A DNA stretch of 61,907 bases, counting the filler. It is 4 parts of 4 records of this genome, joined end to end, with 100 filler letters (N's around TTAATTAATTAA, not from the genome) between each part and the next. Parts side by side here need not be neighbours in the genome. Positions count along the whole stretch, not along the records: positions 23,071 to 50,271 come from DRR723986_30413; 3 more parts are not named here. One strand, written 5' to 3'. The translations under genes and the position numbers were made by a program. Shown piece by piece: positions 30,045 to 41,260 of this stretch. The stretch's first letter is position 1; the number at the start of each line of letters is the position of its first letter. The notes under the pieces were generated by a model, which worked only from the letters and a program-made list of their open reading frames with translations, was not told the origin of the DNA and did not search any database.

Positions 30045-31601
30045 ATGTCACACAGTGATGAAAATCATGTGCGTATATTTGATACCACTTTGAGAGATGG
30101 CGAGCAGTCGCCTGGCGCTTCCATGACGCTGGAAGAAAAGCTACGTATTGCTGATCAACTTGATGCAATGGGCGTTGACATCATTGAAGCCGGGTTTGCT
30201 ATAGCCTCAAACGGGGATTTTGAATGCGTTAATAAAATTGCAAAACAGGTTAAAAACTCCACAGTATGTTCACTGGCTAGGGCGGCCCTTGTGGATATTG
30301 ACCGCGCAGCGGAAGCGGTAAAACCAGCGGGAAATGGTAGAATCCATACATTTATTGCCACCAGTCCGTTGCATATGAAAGTTAAGCTGCAGATGGAACC
30401 TGATGCTGTTATTGAGGCTATCCATCAATCCGTTAGCAGAGCCCGCAATTTTGTGGATGATGTGGAATGGAGCGCGGAAGACGCCACCCGAACAGATATG
30501 GATTTTCTGTACCGCGCTGTTGATACGGCGATAAAAGCTGGTGCAACAACCATAAACTTACCTGATACCGTTGGCTACTCCACGCCTGACGAGTATGGGC
30601 AAATGTTTCGTGACGTGATTGAAAATGTTGCGAACGCAGACAAGGCTATTTTTTCAACTCATTGCCATAATGATTTAGGCTTGGCGGTTGCAAACTCGCT
30701 AGCGGGTGTTGTGGGCGGTGCGCGACAAATAGAATGTACCATTAATGGTATTGGAGAACGAGCCGGCAATGCGGCAATGGAAGAGGTGGTGATGGCCCTG
30801 CGTACACGCGCCGACGTTATGCCATATACCACCAATATTATTACCACGGAAATACTAAGAGCTAGTAAGTTGGTATCTACAGTTACCGGTTTTGCTGTTC
30901 AAAATAATAAAGCAATTGTCGGGGCAAATGCATTTGCTCACGAATCTGGTATTCATCAAGATGGTATGTTGAAGGCATCTGAAACATATGAAATCATGAC
31001 GCCTGAATCTGTTGGCGTCACCAAAACAACACTGGTTATGGGCAAACTTTCAGGTCGTGCCGCTTTTGCTGATAAATTGAAAGAGCTTGAATATGATTTG
31101 GGAGATAACGCCTTCCAAGATTGTTTCAGGCGCTTCAAGGAACTAGCCGATCGTAAAAAAACCATATACGATGAAGATATCATTGCGCTTGTTGATGACG
31201 AGGTTGCTACTGCGTCGAACAGGTTGCAGGTAATATCACTTAATACGCATACCTCGTCGGACGGAACGTCGGTTGCTGATATAACCATGGAAATTGATGG
31301 CGAGGCGCGTAAAACCCTGGTTTATGGCTCTGGTCCAATGGACGCAGCGTTCAATGCGATTAAGCAATTGGTGAGTTTTTCGCCTAAGCTGGTTTTGTTT
31401 CAAATTCATGCCATTACACAAGGAACGGATGCACAAGCGGAATGTACAGTACGCTTGGAGGAAGATGGTCGTACTGTCAATGGTCAGGGCGCCCATGAAG
31501 ATACGGTAACGGCTGCGGCGCGTGCTTATGTTGCGGCAGCAAATAAGCTGCTTGTGAAACGAGAAAAACATCCGTTGGGGCCAATGTTAGCGCAGAAGTA
31601 A
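30045..31601 (+). CDS. leuA: 2-isopropylmalate synthase
   Basis: [33 protein letters not shown]. Confidence 0.98.
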   Translation: MSHSDENHVRIFDTTLRDGEQSPGASMTLEEKLRIADQLDAMGVDIIEAGFAIASNGDFECVNKIAKQVKNSTVCSLARAALVDIDRAAEAVKPAGNGRIHTFIATSPLHMKVKLQMEPDAVIEAIHQSVSRARNFVDDVEWSAEDATRTDMDFLYRAVDTAIKAGATTINLPDTVGYSTPDEYGQMFRDVIENVANADKAIFSTHCHNDLGLAVANSLAGVVGGARQIECTINGIGERAGNAAMEEVVMALRTRADVMPYTTNIITTEILRASKLVSTVTGFAVQNNKAIVGANAFAHESGIHQDGMLKASETYEIMTPESVGVTKTTLVMGKLSGRAAFADKLKELEYDLGDNAFQDCFRRFKELADRKKTIYDEDIIALVDDEVATASNRLQVISLNTHTSSDGTSVADITMEIDGEARKTLVYGSGPMDAAFNAIKQLVSFSPKLVLFQIHAITQGTDAQAECTVRLEEDGRTVNGQGAHEDTVTAAARAYVAAANKLLVKREKHPLGPMLAQK

Positions 31602-31619
31602 CTGTTTAATTTTAGTAAA

Positions 31620-31665
31620 AATCAGGCGGTTTTCTGCCTTTAAATCGCCTGATTCAGTGTTTTTT
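31620..31665 (+). terminator. Terminator-like hairpin after leuA
   Basis: AATCAGGCGGTTT-loop-AAATCGCCTGATT then GTGTTTTTT. Confidence 0.6.
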
Positions 31666-31801
31666 GAAATAAAGAAGCAAAAAAAGTGATTTCAGGGCGT
31701 TTAGAGCCGCCTACAGGCTTGTGTCCGCGCTATAAGTGGCGCATAACCAGCTTTGGCCTCTAGATGAGGCATTGGGTTTTTCAATAGGTATGAGGCGCTA
31801 A

Positions 31802-32836
<1,035 letters not shown>

Positions 32837-32901
32837 CACTGTCACCCTAGGCACATCATTATAACGATTAACCATAGGAAGGTGTTAAACTGACCCCGAC
32901 T

Positions 32902-33777
32902 TTGCAGACATTTGGTCAATCCAGTCGTCTTCGACGGAGCGGTCGGGGAAGGGACGCTTTCTGGCTGTATATGGCGCTAGCACTGGCACTGTTAGCACTG
33001 GAGATATTTGGGTCTGGTATTCCCCGGCAAGTAAGGGGATATGCTAACGATGCCGTCGCTCCAGTTCTTTCGTTGTTTGAAGGACCAATACGTGCGGCAC
33101 AATCTGGTATGGAACGGTTTGCAGGCGTTTCGGATATTTACCTGGAAAATCAGACGCTACGCGATGAAAATGGCAAGCTCCGGCAGTGGCGGGAAGCCGC
33201 ACAGCGGTTGATCCAAGAAAACGAGCAGTTGCGCCAAATACTTAAAGTGCCACAGCGCGAAGTGCCACCAATTGCAACAGCGCATGTCATTGGGGTTGGC
33301 GGCGGTGCATTTGAACGCAGTGTTCTTATCAATGCCGGTTCAGGTGAGGGTGTAGTAACGAATTTACCTGTGGTTGATGAGCTGGGCTTAGTGGGGCGCA
33401 CTATCGAAGTTGGTTATTGGACAACGCGTGTTTTGTTGATAACCGATTTGAACAGCAGGGTTCCTGTTAGACTTGAGAGGACCAGCGAAGTGGCCATTGC
33501 TGTTGGGCTGAACGAACCTTTCATGCACCTTAGGTTTCTTGCTGCCAATACAGATGTGCAGGTTGGTGATAGAATAATCACCTCAGGTCATGGCGGGCTA
33601 TTTCCGCCAGGTGTCCCAGTGGGGCAAATAACGGCTATTAATGATGATATAATATCAGTTAGAGCCTTGAGTGCATTAGATGCACTCGATTTTGTCCGGG
33701 TAATGGATTACCAGCCACTTCCTCCTGATGTTAAGCAACCGGAAGCTGACACCACAACTGCGGTGAACCCAGAGTAA
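32902..33777 (+). CDS. mreC: Rod shape-determining protein MreC
   Basis: TM plus coiled coil, GLVGR, TSGHGGLFPPG; operon position; start uncertain. Confidence 0.93.
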   Translation: MQTFGQSSRLRRSGRGRDAFWLYMALALALLALEIFGSGIPRQVRGYANDAVAPVLSLFEGPIRAAQSGMERFAGVSDIYLENQTLRDENGKLRQWREAAQRLIQENEQLRQILKVPQREVPPIATAHVIGVGGGAFERSVLINAGSGEGVVTNLPVVDELGLVGRTIEVGYWTTRVLLITDLNSRVPVRLERTSEVAIAVGLNEPFMHLRFLAANTDVQVGDRIITSGHGGLFPPGVPVGQITAINDDIISVRALSALDALDFVRVMDYQPLPPDVKQPEADTTTAVNPE

Positions 33778-34283
33778 TGGCGCCTGTAGGAAAAACTGCG
33801 GGTATGACTGGCTTTGCCAGCTTTATGCCGATTGGCATTAGCTTTTTGTTGGCCATGATTATGCTTTTGCCGCTTGGCAGCGGTGTTGCAGGGTATGCAA
33901 TGCCTAATCTGGTTATGATTTCCTGCTTTTACTGGTTGTCTTCGCGGCCATTGTTAATGCCTTATGGTGCTTGCTTTTTACTTGGGTTGTTTCTGGATTT
34001 GTGGATTGGTGTTGCGCTAGGCGTCAATATATCGATCTTGCTACTGACGCGCCTGTTTGTTCTTAGTCAATTAAAACACTACCGCGGTAAAAACCGGGGC
34101 GTTCACTGGGTAGTTTTCACTGTGATGGCTTTTTTGCTTTTTGCGTTTTCATGGGCAGCTATGTCGTTGGTTGAAGGGCAGGCTTTGTCTGTAAACAGTG
34201 TCTTTTTCCAATGGATTGTGACATCATTCTTTTACGCGCCGGTTGCCTTTGTACTTGGGCGGCTGCGTCGGTTAATGTTGTAG
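33777..34283 (+). CDS. mreD: Rod shape-determining protein MreD
   Basis: Hydrophobic 168 aa between mreC and mrdA, GLFLD motif. Confidence 0.88.
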   Translation: MAPVGKTAGMTGFASFMPIGISFLLAMIMLLPLGSGVAGYAMPNLVMISCFYWLSSRPLLMPYGACFLLGLFLDLWIGVALGVNISILLLTRLFVLSQLKHYRGKNRGVHWVVFTVMAFLLFAFSWAAMSLVEGQALSVNSVFFQWIVTSFFYAPVAFVLGRLRRLML

Positions 34284-34290
34284 GGTTCAA

Positions 34291-36126
34291 ATGGCACGCG
34301 AAGGACTAAGATATCAAACCTTTTCCCGGCGGGCGCTGCTGCTGGCGGGGTTTCAAGGTTTGGTGCTGACGGCGCTTGGCGCGCGGTTATATTATTTGTC
34401 AGTTGTGAACGGCGAAAAATACCGGTTAAGAGCGGATAAAAATAGAATTTCTATAAGGCTTATTGCGCCGGAACGCGGCGAAATTTTTGACAGAAACGGC
34501 GAAAAACTTGCAACCAATACACAAGATTTACGCGTTTTACTGGTGCCTGAGCAAACGGACCAGCTTGAACCTACTTTAAAAAAAGTACAGGAAATTATTG
34601 ACATTGATGATCGTCGTTTGGCGCGTATTGAACGGCGGATCAAACGCCAGAGGAAATTTGTGCCGGTAACGCTGGCACAGGGTTTGGACTGGCAAACATT
34701 TAGCCGGTTGAATGTTGAAATTCCTAGATTGCCAGGCGTTCAAACTGACGCAGGTTTAAGCAGGCTGTACCCTGGTGGGCAGTCGATCGCGCATTTGGTT
34801 GGATATATGGCTAGCCCCGATGACAATGATGTTGCCAAAAGCCCGCTATACCAATTGCCGGGCTTTAAAGTGGGGCGACAAGGGTTGGAGCGTCGTTACG
34901 AGCCTCACCTCAGAGGGGCATCAGGCACACGCCGGGTTGAAGTGAATGCCGTTGGTCGTGAAATAAGAGAGCTGCCGCCTCGCGAGGAAGCTGCCCGCGG
35001 CAGTGACTTGCATTTAACGCTTGATATGCCTTTGCAACGATTTGTTATGGAGCAACTCGGCGAAGAAGCAGCAGGCGCTGTTGTGATCGATGTTGCCAGT
35101 GGCGATATTCTCTCTATTGCGTCATCCCCGGGGTTTGACCCCAACGAATTTACCCGGGGCATAAGTAATGCGAATTGGCAGTCACTGTTGAAAGACCCTC
35201 GTAGCCCGCTTTTAAATAAAAGTGTGTCGGGGCAATATCCACCGGGCTCTACGATTAAAATGATTGTGGCATTGGCGGCGCTTGAACAAGGCCTGATATC
35301 CGCTGAGTCCACATTTTATTGCAATGGGAAACATCGTCTTGGGAATCATACCTTTCACTGCTGGCAAAACCGCGGTCACGGTAAAATGGACATGATGCAA
35401 GCAATTGCTAATAGCTGTGATGTTTATTTTTATAAAATCGCAGAGCAACTTGATATTGATTTGATCGCTGATATGGCTCGACGATTTGGCTTAGGTGCTA
35501 CATTCGGTGTTGGTATTGACGGCGAAAAAGAAGGGTTGGTTCCAACCCGAAACTGGAAGCGAGTATACCAGCAGCAATCTTGGCAATTAGGCGAAACACT
35601 TAATGTGGCCATTGGACAAGGTGCAATGCTGGCCACACCTTTGCAGTTGGCCGTTATGACCGCCCGCTTGGCAACTGGCATGAAGGTTATGCCTCGGCTG
35701 GTAAAAGATGAACAAGTTTCATCAGCACTTTTCCCAACCATGGACGTAAACCCTTTTCACTTAGAAACAATCCAACGAACCATGGCAATGGTTATGGAAC
35801 CGGGCGGCACAGCCCATGATTATACTCGGAAGAAATCAGCCATAGCGCAAGCTGGCAAGACAGGTACAGCGCAGGTACGAAGAATTTCATTGGAAGAGCG
35901 CGCGACAGATGGCGGTGTTATAGAGAATTCAGAATTACCATGGAAATCACGAGATCATGCTTTGTTTGTTGGTTACGCGCCAGCTACAGCGCCTAAAGTT
36001 GCCGTTTCTGTTGTTGTGCAGCATGGTGGAGGTGGCTCTAGTGTGGCAGCACCGCTCGCGCGCAAGATCATGGACTTTGCGCTAACCGAGGAAGCAAACG
36101 TGCCTACAACAGAAGAGCAAGCTTAA
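34291..36126 (+). CDS. mrdA: Penicillin-binding protein 2
   Basis: RGEIFDRNG, PGSTIK (SxxK), SCD, KTGT. Confidence 0.96.
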   Translation: MAREGLRYQTFSRRALLLAGFQGLVLTALGARLYYLSVVNGEKYRLRADKNRISIRLIAPERGEIFDRNGEKLATNTQDLRVLLVPEQTDQLEPTLKKVQEIIDIDDRRLARIERRIKRQRKFVPVTLAQGLDWQTFSRLNVEIPRLPGVQTDAGLSRLYPGGQSIAHLVGYMASPDDNDVAKSPLYQLPGFKVGRQGLERRYEPHLRGASGTRRVEVNAVGREIRELPPREEAARGSDLHLTLDMPLQRFVMEQLGEEAAGAVVIDVASGDILSIASSPGFDPNEFTRGISNANWQSLLKDPRSPLLNKSVSGQYPPGSTIKMIVALAALEQGLISAESTFYCNGKHRLGNHTFHCWQNRGHGKMDMMQAIANSCDVYFYKIAEQLDIDLIADMARRFGLGATFGVGIDGEKEGLVPTRNWKRVYQQQSWQLGETLNVAIGQGAMLATPLQLAVMTARLATGMKVMPRLVKDEQVSSALFPTMDVNPFHLETIQRTMAMVMEPGGTAHDYTRKKSAIAQAGKTGTAQVRRISLEERATDGGVIENSELPWKSRDHALFVGYAPATAPKVAVSVVVQHGGGGSSVAAPLARKIMDFALTEEANVPTTEEQA

Positions 36127-37280
36127 TGGGTTCGGCACGGATGTTTGGGCCGCGCAGGGTCGAAAAATCTATTATACAACGGATTTTAGGACTGAATTGG
36201 GGCATAATACTCGCCAATATACTGCTTGCCGTTGCGGGCTTTGCCATGTTGTATTCCGTAGCTGATGGTACATGGGACCCATGGGCTAGTCGGCAAATGC
36301 TGCGGTTCGGAGTAGCATTGCTATTGATGCTTGTAATTGCTGTTATTGATATTCGATATTGGATGGCCGTTGCTTACCCTGCTTGGTTTTTCGGGATATT
36401 GTTGTTGTTCGCGGTAGAGTTGGTTGGCGATACTGGAATGGGTGGCCAAAGGTGGCTAGACATTGGTTTTATGCGGCTACAACCGTCCGAATTGGTCAAA
36501 ATTGCTACTGTAATGGCTTTAGCCAGGTATTTTCATGGCCGAAATCATTTCCAGAGCAGAAGTTTGAGGTCACTCGTTGTGCCCTTGTTGCTGCTACTTA
36601 TACCTTTTGTACTGGTTGTGCGTCAGCCAGATTTGGGTACAGCCCTTATGATTGTAGTCGGCGGCGTAGCAGTTATGTTTTTGGCGGGTTTGCCTGCGTG
36701 GTTGTTTATTTTGTCCGGTGTCACAATTACGGCCGCTATCCCGGTTGCATGGCAGTTTCTTCGCGAATACCAGCGAAACCGTATTCTAACTTTCATGGAC
36801 CCGGAATCTGACCCCCTTGGCGCCGGGTATCAAATTGCACAATCAAAGATTGCCATCGGCTCCGGTGGCACCACGGGCAAAGGTTTTTTGGAGGGCACGC
36901 AAAGTCATTTGAACTTTCTACCTGAAATGAAAACTGACTTCATTTTTACGGCTTTGGTGGAAGAGTTTGGGCTGATGGGTGCAGCGATTGTTTTGGTGCT
37001 GTATGGCATTGTATTAGGCTATGGCCTGCTTATGGGTATTGGTTGCCGTAATCAGTTTGGCAGATTATTGGCGTCCGGGTTGGCAATTTCATTGTTTCTT
37101 TATGTTATGATCAATGTAGGCATGGTGATGGGACTTTTGCCTGTTGTTGGCGTACCTTTGCCATTGATATCTTATGGCGGCTCGGCAATGTTGACATGGA
37201 TGGTGGCATACGGGCTGATACTATCAGTATCAACGCACAGACATGTAACAATCGCTCCCAAAGGCAGCGGTATCATTTGA
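36126..37280 (+). CDS. rodA: SEDS peptidoglycan glycosyltransferase RodA
   Basis: QPSELVK, QPDLGT, LPE..TDFIF, GVPLPLISYGGS. Confidence 0.97.
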   Translation: MGSARMFGPRRVEKSIIQRILGLNWGIILANILLAVAGFAMLYSVADGTWDPWASRQMLRFGVALLLMLVIAVIDIRYWMAVAYPAWFFGILLLFAVELVGDTGMGGQRWLDIGFMRLQPSELVKIATVMALARYFHGRNHFQSRSLRSLVVPLLLLLIPFVLVVRQPDLGTALMIVVGGVAVMFLAGLPAWLFILSGVTITAAIPVAWQFLREYQRNRILTFMDPESDPLGAGYQIAQSKIAIGSGGTTGKGFLEGTQSHLNFLPEMKTDFIFTALVEEFGLMGAAIVLVLYGIVLGYGLLMGIGCRNQFGRLLASGLAISLFLYVMINVGMVMGLLPVVGVPLPLISYGGSAMLTWMVAYGLILSVSTHRHVTIAPKGSGII

Positions 37281-37314
37281 TTTGGCCTAGAGGTTTTTAA
37301 AAGGCACCGGAGAG

Positions 37315-38676
37315 ATGAACATGAATTTGAGTAAAAGACCGACTATAAATTTCCAGGCATCAAAATCCAAGGCATCACAACAGGCGCTTAAAGCGGTCAT
37401 GATGAGCCTGCTGATGGTGTTGCCATCTGCTCATGTTATAGCTCAAGACGAAGCAGAACAGGCCTATCTTCAAAATCTGTATTTGCACCTGCACCAAAAC
37501 CCGGAACTTTCCTTTCATGAAAAAGAAACTTCGAAACGTATTGCCGAGGAGCTGAGCTCGGTAGGCTATTCTGTTACTGAAAATATTGGTGGATACGGCG
37601 TTGTAGCGGTTATGCAGAACGGTGCTGGCCCTACAGTTTTGGTGCGCGCAGACATGGACGGGCTGCCTGTTCAAGAGCAAACCGGAAAGGCTTATGCCAG
37701 CAAAGCGACAGGCTTTAATGACGCCGGGAAAACGGTGCCGGTTATGCATGCATGTGCTCATGATATCCATATGACGTCTTTGGTGGGTGTTGCGCGTCAA
37801 TTAGCCTCGACGAAAGATATGTGGTCCGGCACAGTGGTTTTGGTTGGCCAGCCCGCTGAGGAACGCGTTGGCGGTGCAAAGGCAATGATTGCTGATGGAT
37901 TGTTTGAGAGATTCCCCAAGCCGGATTTTAATATTGCCCTGCACACCAGCGCAAGTTTGCCTGCTGGACAGGTTGGCTTAGCTTCCGGCTATGCATTGGC
38001 CAATGTTGATTCGGTTGATGTGGCCATTAAGGGGATTGGCGGTCACGGTGCTTACCCCCATACGACCAAAGACCCTGTGGTTCTAGCTTCTCATATTGTT
38101 GTGGCGCTTCAAACGCTTGTGTCTCGGGAAACTTCACCGTTAGAATCAGGTGTTGTCACCGTTGGTTCTATTCACTCAGGCACCAAGCATAACATTATCT
38201 CTAACAACGCTCATTTGCAGCTTACTGTTCGGTCTTACAAAGATGACGTGCGCGACAATTTGCTTTCCGGCATTAAAAGGATTGCCCACGCACAAGCCCA
38301 ATCTATGGGATTGCCGAAAGAATTGTGGCCTGAGGTGACATATAGCGAGGCCACACCTGCAACCTACAATGACCCTGAGTTGACTAGCAAAGTGAAAGGG
38401 GCATTAAACGGTGCGCTTGGAGCTGAAAATGTTATGTCGTTATCACCAGTGATGGGCGCAGAAGATTTTGCCTATTTCGGGCGAACAGAAGATAAAATTC
38501 CCAGCGTAATATTTTGGCTGGGCGCGGTGGAAAAAGAAAAAGTCGCCGCTGCTGGTCGCGGAGAAGTGTCACTGCCAAGTTTGCATTCACCTTTTTTTGC
38601 GCCGGATTATGCACCAACAATTGAAACGGGCGTTAAGTCGCTTAGCGCTATTGTTGTTTCGTTGATGAGTGATTAA
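37315..38676 (+). CDS. M20D amidohydrolase, secreted
   Basis: HQNPELS, RADMDGLP, MHACAHD, QPAEE, GAEDF, LHS; signal peptide; start uncertain. Confidence 0.92.
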   Translation: MNMNLSKRPTINFQASKSKASQQALKAVMMSLLMVLPSAHVIAQDEAEQAYLQNLYLHLHQNPELSFHEKETSKRIAEELSSVGYSVTENIGGYGVVAVMQNGAGPTVLVRADMDGLPVQEQTGKAYASKATGFNDAGKTVPVMHACAHDIHMTSLVGVARQLASTKDMWSGTVVLVGQPAEERVGGAKAMIADGLFERFPKPDFNIALHTSASLPAGQVGLASGYALANVDSVDVAIKGIGGHGAYPHTTKDPVVLASHIVVALQTLVSRETSPLESGVVTVGSIHSGTKHNIISNNAHLQLTVRSYKDDVRDNLLSGIKRIAHAQAQSMGLPKELWPEVTYSEATPATYNDPELTSKVKGALNGALGAENVMSLSPVMGAEDFAYFGRTEDKIPSVIFWLGAVEKEKVAAAGRGEVSLPSLHSPFFAPDYAPTIETGVKSLSAIVVSLMSD

Positions 38677-38813
38677 CACATTCGCCGTACACTTTATGTC
38701 GGATCAATTAATAACTTGCTGCCTTTGATAACACTCTAAAGAGTTGACCAGTGTTTGAAGCAGACCATTATAGTGTCTTAACCGATGGGGTTTGGTGAAT
38801 TGCGGCGAATAAG

Positions 38814-38840
38814 TGCAATAGCTGCAATAGCTGCAATAGT
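38814..38840 (+). repeat. 9-bp tandem repeat x3 just upstream of luxR
   Basis: TGCAATAGC TGCAATAGC TGCAATAGT. Confidence 0.9.
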
Positions 38841-38851
38841 TCAGGTAATAC

Positions 38852-39613
38852 ATGTTTACTGCGGTCAAAAATTTTCTGGAAGAAATCAACTTTGTAGACA
38901 GCGTGCCTGAGCTTGAGGTATTGCTGGAAGGCGTATTGAATAAATACGGTATTCAGCATTTTATTTGCACAAACATGTATGGCTTGGAGTGTTTGTCTGA
39001 CAGAAAACCAATGTTTGGTAATTGGAATACCGACTGGGTAAACCATTATATTTCGAACAGTTACTACTTAGAAGATGCCATTCCTCAGCATGAAAATGGC
39101 ATAGATAATGATGGGCGGCCCTACTATTGGTCTGAGCTTATGGCGCAAAAAGACCTTGCTAAAAATCAGTATCAAATTTTTCGGGAGGCTTGGGAAGCTG
39201 ACTTGCGCGAAGGTTTGGTCATACCGCTTAGGGTTAGCGCCCGTGAATTGGCACTGGTTTCAATGGCCGGGCGCGACTTTAAGCAAGACGACGAAGTGCG
39301 TGGCATTCTGCATACCATTTCAATGCAGGCACACAGAAAAGCCAGAGACATTTTATTGAATGAATATGGCCAGCGGTTGATGCCAGACCGATTGGGTAGG
39401 GTGCCACACCCTGATGTTTCAACCCTTACACCTACTGAGTTAAACGTGCTTAAGTTCTTGGCGGAAGACAAAACACCAAGCGATATTGCAACCATTACTG
39501 GCGCTAGCATCAACACGATAAATCGTCATTCTGCTAATATAAAGCGCAAGCTTGAGGTTAGAAGTTTATACGGAGCGGTGGCGAAAGCAATCAGGTACGG
39601 GTTGTTTCACTAA
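38852..39613 (+). CDS. LuxR-family autoinducer-binding regulator
   Basis: W...Y........D, YYW, EGL in ligand domain; C-terminal LTPTE..L...K...IA...NIKRKL HTH. Confidence 0.92.
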   Translation: MFTAVKNFLEEINFVDSVPELEVLLEGVLNKYGIQHFICTNMYGLECLSDRKPMFGNWNTDWVNHYISNSYYLEDAIPQHENGIDNDGRPYYWSELMAQKDLAKNQYQIFREAWEADLREGLVIPLRVSARELALVSMAGRDFKQDDEVRGILHTISMQAHRKARDILLNEYGQRLMPDRLGRVPHPDVSTLTPTELNVLKFLAEDKTPSDIATITGASINTINRHSANIKRKLEVRSLYGAVAKAIRYGLFH

Positions 39614-39706
39614 ACCATTGCGTGTACTCATGGTAGTATACTGCTAGAGAATTTTTTAACTAATTGAGGTATTCTACTTTCTCCAACCTGCTTTAGGAGA
39701 AGCCTC

Positions 39707-40591
39707 ATGATTCATGTTATTAATAAAATTAATAGACACCTTTACCTCTCCGTACTTGAAGAAATGTTTCAATTGCGGCACGAAATTTTTGTCGAAGAAC
39801 GTGGCTGGAAAAAACTAGCCAAGCCAGATGGCTTTGAAATTGATCAATTTGACAATGAAGAAACGACATATTTTCTCAAATTAGACCCTGACATGCACAT
39901 TATCGGTGGTATGCGGATGTGCCCAACAGTTGGCAAAACTCAGCTGAATACTATTTTCAAAGACAGCTGCGTTCTTGGAGAGCAGCCGGTGGGTCCTGAG
40001 CATTACGAGTGGTCGCGATATTTTATTAAGGACACAAAATACAGAAGCGCAACAGGCAAACCTGTGTTCTACGAGCTTTACACCGGGATTCTTGAATACG
40101 CCGTTGCTATGGGCATTCGTTCTTTGTCGGGCTTTATTGAAACGATTGCATATAATCAAGGTGCTAATATGCCTTGGGACTTCAGGCAACTTGGTATTCC
40201 CGTAGAGTTTGGCGGCACGAATGGCGAGCCAGTTGGTTATGGTATGCCGACCATTTTAATGGTTGATAATACGATGTTGCGTAAAACCAAAATATTGTGG
40301 CGCATGCGTAAACCAGTTCTTTCTCTCTCGCTTGGTGAATATACACCTGTTAGTGAAATTGGTTTCAAACCAGAAGTAATGATGGCAGTGCAGGCATTTT
40401 TGGCCGAACATCCGGAGCATATTGACTTTATCGCCAATTATGCCGCAGCAATTCAGAATATTGATCCAGGTGTTCGTATGGCAGCTCAAAATGCCATGTC
40501 TGACCTTGTAGAAGACAATGCGATGACAGAATTTAGCGCTGCGATTGTAGACAAGATCAACACATCGCAATTCAGTTCAGCCATGCAATAG
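39707..40591 (+). CDS. LuxI-family acyl-homoserine lactone synthase with C-terminal extension
   Basis: LRHEIFVEERGW, EIDQFD, GMRMCPT, EWSRYF; 294 aa. Confidence 0.93.
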   Translation: MIHVINKINRHLYLSVLEEMFQLRHEIFVEERGWKKLAKPDGFEIDQFDNEETTYFLKLDPDMHIIGGMRMCPTVGKTQLNTIFKDSCVLGEQPVGPEHYEWSRYFIKDTKYRSATGKPVFYELYTGILEYAVAMGIRSLSGFIETIAYNQGANMPWDFRQLGIPVEFGGTNGEPVGYGMPTILMVDNTMLRKTKILWRMRKPVLSLSLGEYTPVSEIGFKPEVMMAVQAFLAEHPEHIDFIANYAAAIQNIDPGVRMAAQNAMSDLVEDNAMTEFSAAIVDKINTSQFSSAMQ

Positions 40592-40754
40592 ATACGTTAA
40601 TGCATGTTTGAGTGATGCTCTGAAGTTTCAAAGTTGCCAAATGGCCGTGGGCCTAATTCGGCTGGCAAAGTGAAATAGAATGAGTAATAGGTTGGAAGCC
40701 ACTAGAATCCCCCTGCGGTTCGGTATATAATATCGAAAACGCAGGGGATTTGTC

Positions 40755-41228
40755 GTGTCACAGTCACATAATCATGCAATATGTATCGAAAACGCTGTTG
40801 AAGAAGCTGAAAAAATTTGTGCTCAAAGGGGCTCACGCTTTACAGATTTAAGGCGGCGAATTTTGACGATGATTTGGCAAGGCCATAAGGCTGTAAAAGC
40901 ATATGATCTGTTGGACCAGTTGGCAACACAGGGGGGCTCAGCAAAGCCGCCAACCGTGTACCGGGCTTTGGATTTCCTTATGGAAGAAGGCTTGGTTCAC
41001 AAAATTGAATCGCTAAATGCTTATATCGGATGCCCACACCCGGCAAGCGACCATGTAAGCCAATTTTTGATCTGTGATGTATGCGAGAATGTTGAGGAAG
41101 TATCTTCAGATGCACTCGGTAAGGCCGTTGTTAGCGCGGCGACTGCGCAATCTTTCAAGATAAAAGGCCAAACCCTGGAGCTACATGGAATTTGCCAAAA
41201 TTGTAATGGCAAGAAACAAGCGGCCTAG
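40755..41228 (+). CDS. zur: Fur family regulator, Zur-type
   Basis: KAYDLL, KPPTVYRALDFL, ESLNAYIGC, CxxC twice. Confidence 0.85.
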   Translation: MSQSHNHAICIENAVEEAEKICAQRGSRFTDLRRRILTMIWQGHKAVKAYDLLDQLATQGGSAKPPTVYRALDFLMEEGLVHKIESLNAYIGCPHPASDHVSQFLICDVCENVEEVSSDALGKAVVSAATAQSFKIKGQTLELHGICQNCNGKKQAA

Positions 41229-41260
41229 CCGGTTTATTAATTGGCTATAAGGCCAATGCG

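Noticed and set aside
38704-39046. Minus-strand ORFs with YCSYCSYC or LLQLLQLL repeats
   Set aside because: Translations of the 9-bp tandem repeat, overlapping luxR antisense
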